A DNA stretch of 5,011 nucleotides from a virus. The position numbers and the translations under genes are program-made. Shown piece by piece: positions 4,373-5,011 of the stretch. The stretch spans positions 1-5,011 of IMG/VR virus record IMGVR_UViG_3300020029_000227; one strand, written 5' to 3'. Positions within the stretch are counted from its first letter, which is position 1. Each line of letters begins with the position of its first letter. The notes beneath the pieces are model-generated. The model saw nothing but the letters and a program-made list of their open reading frames with translations, did no database searches and had not been told where the DNA came from.

Positions 4373-5011
4373 ATGAAGTGTACTTCGCCTCTTAAATTAG
4401 GCTCTCGGATTGTTCCTTGTGGCAAATGTTATGCTTGTCGTAGTAAACGTCGCAACCAATGGTCTGCTCGTCTTACTGAAGAGGCGAGGTATCATGAGAG
4501 AAATGGTAAACAAAATTTATTTATAACTTTAACTTATGATGAAGAAAACGTCCCTTTTATTCAAACAGATGCAGGAGCGGTTCGAGTTGCAGTGTTGCAA
4601 GACGTGTCCGCATTTATCAAAAGGTTGCGTAGAGCCTTGTATGGAAGCAAGAAGGGAGATTTACGGTTCTTCGCCGTTTCGGAATATGGCCCTAAAACTC
4701 TCCGACCTCATTTTCATATTATACTGTTTGGTCTTCCACCCAAAACGATACGCATCCTTACGAGACTCATTGAAAAGGCGTGGAATTACCAAGGTTTTGT
4801 CACGGTGTCTCATGTTACTCGTGGTCGTATTAGGTATTGTGCTAAGTATTGTCTCTCTGAGTTCATGCTCCCCCATGAGATCGTTGAGGCTGGATTTAAA
4901 AATGGATTACGGTGTTCTAAAGGACTCGGCAAGTGTCACCTTACGAAGAGTTGGACGGAATTTTATCGCAAACAGTCCCGTTTATATTACACTACCAAGG
5001 AAGGATATAAA
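4373..5011 (+). CDS. Replication initiation protein (Microviridae VP4 / phiX174 A-like HUH endonuclease), N-terminal part. It continues through the circular junction to 397, giving 304 aa in total.
   Basis: ATG at 4373, 2 nt after the J-like stop. Translation: MKCTSPLKLGSRIVPCGKCYACRSKRRNQW... (CxxCxxC). FITLTY is motif 1. EYGPKTLRPHFHIILFG is the HUH motif, with its first His codon at 4709. RYCAKY is the YxxKY catalytic tyrosine pair as in phiX174 A, with the Tyr codon at 4835. SKGLG follows. The frame stays open to the window end. Confidence 0.93.
   Translation, partial: MKCTSPLKLGSRIVPCGKCYACRSKRRNQWSARLTEEARYHERNGKQNLFITLTYDEENVPFIQTDAGAVRVAVLQDVSAFIKRLRRALYGSKKGDLRFFAVSEYGPKTLRPHFHIILFGLPPKTIRILTRLIEKAWNYQGFVTVSHVTRGRIRYCAKYCLSEFMLPHEIVEAGFKNGLRCSKGLGKCHLTKSWTEFYRKQSRLYYTTKEGYK
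4536..5011 (+). CDS. Candidate overprinted gene (ORF-X) in the +1 frame of rep, N-terminal part. The full ORF is 237 codons, running 4536 through the junction to 359.
   Basis: TAA at 4530-4532, then ATG ATG at 4536/4539. I found no stop in hand translation up to the window end, and the frame joins track ORF 12..359. Translation begins MMKKTSLLFKQMQERFELQCCKTCPHLSKGCVEPCMEARREIYGSSPFRNMALKLSDLIFILYCLVFHPKRYASLRDSLKRRGITKVLSRCLMLLVVVLGIVLSIVSLSSCSPMRSLRLDLK-MDYGV... It is coextensive with the tract where rep loses its T-ending codon bias. Confidence 0.35.
   Translation, partial: MMKKTSLLFKQMQERFELQCCKTCPHLSKGCVEPCMEARREIYGSSPFRNMALKLSDLIFILYCLVFHPKRYASLRDSLKRRGITKVLSRCLMLLVVVLGIVLSIVSLSSCSPMRSLRLDLKMDYGVLKDSASVTLRRVGRNFIANSPVYITLPRKDI
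4891..5011. repeat. Second copy of the terminal redundancy (equals 1-121)
   Basis: Identical 121-nt string at both window ends. Confidence 0.97.

Larger units (their letters stand above)
1..4890 (+). other. Complete circular genome unit of a Microviridae (gokushovirus-like) ssDNA phage, 4890 nt
   Basis: 121-nt terminal redundancy closes the circle. The gene set is VP1, VP2, a J-like peptide, HUH Rep and a VP3-like protein, all on one strand. The coding strand is T-rich. rep reads in frame across the junction. Confidence 0.9.

Noticed and set aside
4661-4876. 71-aa ORF on the minus strand, antisense to the rep HUH/YxxKY region
   Set aside because: Same reasoning as 92..349(-). It is antisense to the most conserved part of rep, short, and lies in a stop-depleted tract.
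1-5011. Scan for tRNA/rRNA genes, CRISPR repeats, transposase or integrase genes, and DGR-like template/variable repeats
   Set aside because: I could see no cloverleaf-capable conserved tRNA motifs, no regularly spaced repeats, no recombinase or reverse-transcriptase motifs in any long ORF, and no long internal direct repeats other than the terminal assembly overlap.

Overview
The window is one complete circular genome of a small ssDNA phage of the family Microviridae, gokushovirus-like with no separate spike gene. Bases 1-121 are identical to 4891-5011, so the contig closes into a 4890-nt circle. All credible genes are on the + strand. Starting at the single large intergenic region, the order is: promoter, a 66-aa orphan, a 171-aa orphan, VP2-like pilot/minor capsid protein (288 aa), a 28-aa arginine-rich J/VP8-like DNA-binding peptide, the HUH replication initiator VP4 (304 aa, crossing the circular junction), major capsid protein VP1 (556 aa), an acidic VP3-like scaffold candidate (129 aa), then a terminator. 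Most genes are about 31-33% GC with roughly two thirds of codons ending in T. I used that bias as a frame detector. Two tracts break the pattern: about 4545 through the junction to 359 inside rep (about 47% GC), and about 2335-2585 (about 65% GC). The main finding is a 237-codon open frame overprinted in the +1 frame across 78% of rep. The ORF track misses it because it crosses the junction. Its boundaries match the rep compositional anomaly, and it shows stop-codon avoidance. Other points of interest are in the 225-nt intergenic region: three hairpins including a terminator, a promoter, a 9-8-9 palindrome containing a dif XerD-arm-like 9-mer, and a stretch resembling the phiX174 nick origin. 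The two-gene orphan module is also unexplained. No tRNA, rRNA, CRISPR, transposase or integrase was seen. All homology calls rest on motif recognition from memory, not on searches.
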